Origin: Sulfurospirillaceae bacterium
GTDB taxonomy: Bacteria > Campylobacterota > Campylobacteria > Campylobacterales > Sulfurospirillaceae
NCBI GenBank assembly: GCA_033723415.1
Contig: JAWVXD010000003.1
Span: 128,001-192,000 of the forward strand
Direction: 5' to 3'
Length of the DNA: 64,000 nucleotides
Shown here: piece after piece, positions 59,492 to 64,000 of the stretch
Layout: every line of letters starts with the position of its first letter
Position numbering within the stretch: the first letter of the stretch is position 1
Program-made: the position numbers and the translations under genes
Notes under the pieces: generated by a model
What the model saw: only the letters and a program-made list of their open reading frames with translations
What the model was told of the DNA's origin: nothing
Database searches by the model: none

Positions 59492-59719
59492 TTAATAGGA
59501 AAAAGGAGGATGCACGCCGGTTCGCCTAAAAGCGAAGTAGGTACAGTAGTAAGGACATCTTGGGATAAAGATATTTAAAAGCAATATCAGTCTGATTTTT
59601 AATCTAAAGATACAATTGCAGTGACAAGGTTTGATGTATCTTAGGATGATCCGTGCTAATTTTTGGATATGATGCGAGCTAAAAAATGGAGCAAAAGCGA
59701 TAAAATGTGATAAATTCAA
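59492..59719 (-). CDS. Putative metE leader peptide/uORF, 75 aa
   Basis: TGATATAAT (59741-59749), then AAGGAG (59726-59731), 6 nt, TTG; open for 75 codons and ending 66 nt before metE; atypical basic/aromatic/Cys composition. Confidence 0.5.
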   Translation of the reverse strand: MNLSHFIAFAPFFSSHHIQKLARIILRYIKPCHCNCIFRLKIRLILLLNIFIPRCPYYCTYFAFRRTGVHPPFSY

Positions 59720-59766
59720 CGCATACTCCTTTTTTATGAAATTATATCAAAAAAAGGATTTTTTAG

Positions 59767-59797
59767 AAACCTGCATCCCAAATATAAATGCAGGTTT
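59767..59797 (-). terminator. Terminator-like hairpin after groEL
   Basis: AAACCTGCAT...ATGCAGGTTT inverted repeat. Confidence 0.7.
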
Positions 59798-59824
59798 TTT
59801 GGATATAGCGTTTGGGTGGATGAT

Positions 59825-61480
<1,656 letters not shown>

Positions 61481-61492
61481 TTAGTTGTTTAT

Positions 61493-61759
61493 TTATAAAA
61501 TACCTAAAATATCGTCTTTGTTCATCACTAAATAATCTTTGCCATCCAAGCTTAGTTCTGTGCCTGCATATTTGGAAAAGATAACCTTGTCACCTACATT
61601 GATAATGCCTTCTTCTTCGATTTCTTTACTTATAGAAATCACCTCTGCGCTTAAAGGTTTTTCTTTTGCATTATCGGGTATAATTATACCTGTTGCAGTT
61701 TTTTTTGGTTCTTCAATTCTTTGAAGAAGAACTCTTTCTCCTAATGGTTTAAAAGTCAT
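61493..61759 (-). CDS. groS: Co-chaperonin GroES
   Basis: [22 protein letters not shown] and [14 protein letters not shown] motifs. Confidence 0.98.
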   Translation of the reverse strand: MTFKPLGERVLLQRIEEPKKTATGIIIPDNAKEKPLSAEVISISKEIEEEGIINVGDKVIFSKYAGTELSLDGKDYLVMNKDDILGIL

Positions 61760-61782
61760 TGTTTATCCTTTTAGCAAATTTT

Positions 61783-61809
61783 TTAGCACTCTATTTATTT
61801 GAGTGACAG
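61783..61809. promoter_or_regulatory. CIRCE-like HrcA operator of groESL
   Basis: TTAGCACTC-N9-GAGTGACAG against consensus TTAGCACTC-N9-GAGTGCTAA (one arm perfect). Confidence 0.8.
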
Positions 61810-61810
61810 A

Positions 61811-61839
61811 ATTTTACTAAAAATATGCTAAAATGTCAA
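61811..61839 (-). promoter_or_regulatory. Sigma70 promoter of groESL
   Basis: TTGACA-N17-TAAAAT on the minus strand. Confidence 0.8.
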
Positions 61840-61862
61840 GCAATTTTATGAAATAAAACAGT

Positions 61863-61889
61863 ATACTTTAGTCTCATCGGCTAAAGTAT
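61863..61889. promoter_or_regulatory. HAIR-like HspR operator
   Basis: ATA-CTTTAGT-N7-GCTAAAG-TAT, resembling HAIR CTTGAGT-N7-ACTCAAG. Confidence 0.72.
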
Positions 61890-61917
61890 TTTAATAAAAT
61901 ATTTATAAGGAAAATGC

Positions 61918-63915
61918 GTGCGAATATTTGTCTCAATACTATTATTTATAACATTTTTAGGCTCTTTAGTATATTTATTACTATTTACAAGTAGTGGAAA
62001 TAATCTCTTAAAACCATATGTAAAAAAAGTTATAGAAAAAAAGATAGATCATAATGTTAGTATTGAGTCTATGACACTTAAACCTGACTTTATAGATTTT
62101 GAGATCGTAGTGGATAAAAACTCTACTCTTGTCTTAAACGGTGAAATAGACATATTTAAACAAAATTTCAACCTTACATATAAAATTGATGCGCTAAATC
62201 TAAAGACTCCTTACGTAACTATCAAAAATCATATGCTTTTAAATGGAAATATCAACGGAGATATGAAAGAATATAGCATAAATGGAAAAGGAATTGCATT
62301 TAACTCAAATATGCAGTTTCTTGTTTCAATCAAGAACAAGAAAGTAAGAAAACTAGAGATCAATGCAAAAAATCTGAAGATAGAAGATGTTTTAGCATTT
62401 TTCAACAAACCAATATATTCTCAAGGGGTTTTTAACATAGAGGCGGATCTAACATCGGTAGATGGTGCAAATTTTGATGGGACTATAAAAAATGTTATCT
62501 ACTTTGGGATACTAAATAACCAAGTGATTGAGAAAAACTTTGGACTTACTCTAGAAGATACCATAAGCTATAAGGGTGTTATCAACTCAAAGATAAAAGA
62601 CGGCATAGTGTATAGTGCCGGAAGTATTTTTTCAAATACTGGACAGATCAAGTTTAAAAAGAGCGAATATGACATAAAAAATAAAAACCTATCTCTTGAT
62701 TATGATCTTCTCCTGCCAAGCTTAGATATTTTTCGCTACACAATAGGTCAACAACTAAATGGCGGTATAGAAGTAGCAGGAAATTTGAATATAAAAGATC
62801 AAAATGTGCTCCTAAAAGCTGAGAGCAAAAAATTTGGTGGAGATATCAACTTATCTGTATTTAACAATACGGCAGAGCTTCATTTCCTGGGACTCAAGAC
62901 ACAGCAAGTATTTGATATGCTGAATACCAAGAGATATGCAAATGCTTTGATGGACGGTGATGTTGAGATTAGTGATCTTACTAATCTAGTGTATAAAGCT
63001 GATATCAGAGTTCATGATGGAAAATTTTTGGCAAAAAACATGAAAGATATCTTTGGTGATGGTTTTCCACAAAATACGAGCTTTTCCCTTCATGTAAATA
63101 GCACTAAAAAAGATGAAAATATCACTAACAATGTTGATTTCTTTTCTAGTTTATTACGTTTAAAAGTACCAAATGTTACGTATGACACAAAGACACAACT
63201 TACTAGTGGAGATTATAACTTATCTATAGACAAGCTTGAGAATATGCAATTTGTAACAAATACCAAACTTAGAGGTCAGTTGGATGTAGATGGCAATTTT
63301 ACAGGGGTAGACAACAATGTAGATATCACAGGCTCTAGTAAATTTTTAGACTCAAATAGTTCTTTTACATATAAAGACGGCAGTCTGGACGTAAAGGTCA
63401 AAAACCTATCTGCTTTGCGTTTAAGTCATGCAGCATTTTTACCTGAGATATTTGACTCAAGTATAGATTCAAATATCTCATATGATATAGCATCAAAAAG
63501 TGGAAGATTCAACGCCTTTGCAAAAGATGGAAGATTTAAGAAAGGCGAATCAAGTGACTTGATTCTTTTACTAAGTGGTTTTGATTTGACAAAACAAGTA
63601 TTTGCAAATACTGACTTAAACGGTACGGTTAAAAATGATGATGTCAATTTTACACTTAATATGGACAGTAATGATAGTTATCTTAAGATACCAAAAGGTT
63701 ATATAAATCTAAACAATAAAGATATAAATTCGACATTTACGTTAAAGATAAAAGATAAAGATCTAAGTGGAGATATAACAGGAGACATACACAAGCCAAA
63801 GGTAAATGTGCAGTCTTCTCATTATATACAAGACAAAATAGAAAAGGCGATAGAGAAAAATGCACCTAAAGAGCTGATCGAGCCGTTTAAAAATATCCTA
63901 AAACTGCTAAATTAA
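61918..63915 (+). CDS. Large membrane-anchored periplasmic beta-rich protein (AsmA/TamB-like)
   Basis: N-terminal TM, LLFTSSGNNLLKPY, internally repeated amphipathic beta units and a C-terminal ITGDIHKPKV motif; divergent from groES. Confidence 0.6.
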   Translation: MRIFVSILLFITFLGSLVYLLLFTSSGNNLLKPYVKKVIEKKIDHNVSIESMTLKPDFIDFEIVVDKNSTLVLNGEIDIFKQNFNLTYKIDALNLKTPYVTIKNHMLLNGNINGDMKEYSINGKGIAFNSNMQFLVSIKNKKVRKLEINAKNLKIEDVLAFFNKPIYSQGVFNIEADLTSVDGANFDGTIKNVIYFGILNNQVIEKNFGLTLEDTISYKGVINSKIKDGIVYSAGSIFSNTGQIKFKKSEYDIKNKNLSLDYDLLLPSLDIFRYTIGQQLNGGIEVAGNLNIKDQNVLLKAESKKFGGDINLSVFNNTAELHFLGLKTQQVFDMLNTKRYANALMDGDVEISDLTNLVYKADIRVHDGKFLAKNMKDIFGDGFPQNTSFSLHVNSTKKDENITNNVDFFSSLLRLKVPNVTYDTKTQLTSGDYNLSIDKLENMQFVTNTKLRGQLDVDGNFTGVDNNVDITGSSKFLDSNSSFTYKDGSLDVKVKNLSALRLSHAAFLPEIFDSSIDSNISYDIASKSGRFNAFAKDGRFKKGESSDLILLLSGFDLTKQVFANTDLNGTVKNDDVNFTLNMDSNDSYLKIPKGYINLNNKDINSTFTLKIKDKDLSGDITGDIHKPKVNVQSSHYIQDKIEKAIEKNAPKELIEPFKNILKLLN

Positions 63916-63958
63916 CCAATTTGTAAGTTTTCAAGGGATATAATGTCGTCCTTAAAGT

Positions 63959-64000
63959 GTCAAGGTAGCTCAGCTGGTTAGAGCGCTGGTCTCATAAGCC
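63959..64000 (+). tRNA. tRNA-Met (CAT), 5' part; truncated by the window end
   Basis: GTCAAGGTAGCTCAGCTGGTTAGAGCGCTGGTCTCATAAGCC: acceptor 5' strand, D-arm, anticodon loop CTCATAA; TATAAT about 15 nt upstream. Confidence 0.9.

Noticed and set aside
59426..59749. Cobalamin, SAM-I, SAH or T-box riboswitch upstream of metE
   Set aside because: Core signatures (B12 box GCCACTG/GGGAAG, SAM-I ATC..GAG..GCAACC..GTGC, T-box GGTGGTACCGCG) were not found by eye; a covariance-model search is still needed.
61874..61881. Minus-strand GCCGATGA as a sigma28 promoter for groESL
   Set aside because: No TAAA/TCAA at 15-nt spacing; it lies inside the HAIR palindrome and a complete sigma70 promoter is present.

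Overview
AT-rich chromosomal window of a free-living Campylobacterota (Epsilonproteobacteria). This is inferred from Campylobacter-like gene order (comEC-yihY-glcD-pgbA-like-M23 peptidase; groESL divergent from a large exported protein), HQWRQP-type kinases and TGnTATAAT promoters. 1-15.5 kb (minus strand) is a tightly coupled glycogen/alpha-glucan cluster: CBM48 protein, an unannotated 27-aa ORF, a nucleotidyltransferase fused to a degenerate phosphomutase, two GH57 enzymes, a GalT-like protein, two glgA, a ROK kinase, glgB, pgi and a truncated glgP. No glgC, glgX or malQ is visible in it. The middle is mostly housekeeping (argJ, rpmB, rpe, trpF, ppk1, uvrB, zapB/zapA-like, two type IV pilin-like genes, priA, ispG, dnaB, comEC, mgtE, aguA/aguB split by a Fur-boxed feoAB-feoA locus). 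It is followed by two sensor/regulator modules, one before acs and one before TAXI-TRAP + lhgO, each with an 11-bp tandem repeat in the downstream promoter. The end holds metE with a long translated-looking leader, groESL with CIRCE and HAIR sites, and the start of a tRNA-Met. No transposase, integrase, phage, CRISPR or defence genes were seen. The best leads are the glgC-less glycogen system, the 75-codon Cys-containing metE leader ORF, a 129-bp inverted-repeat element, sigma28-type promoters before the zapB-like and pilin genes, and a probable 2-hydroxyglutarate-responsive two-component module. All calls come from motif reading; no database searches were run.
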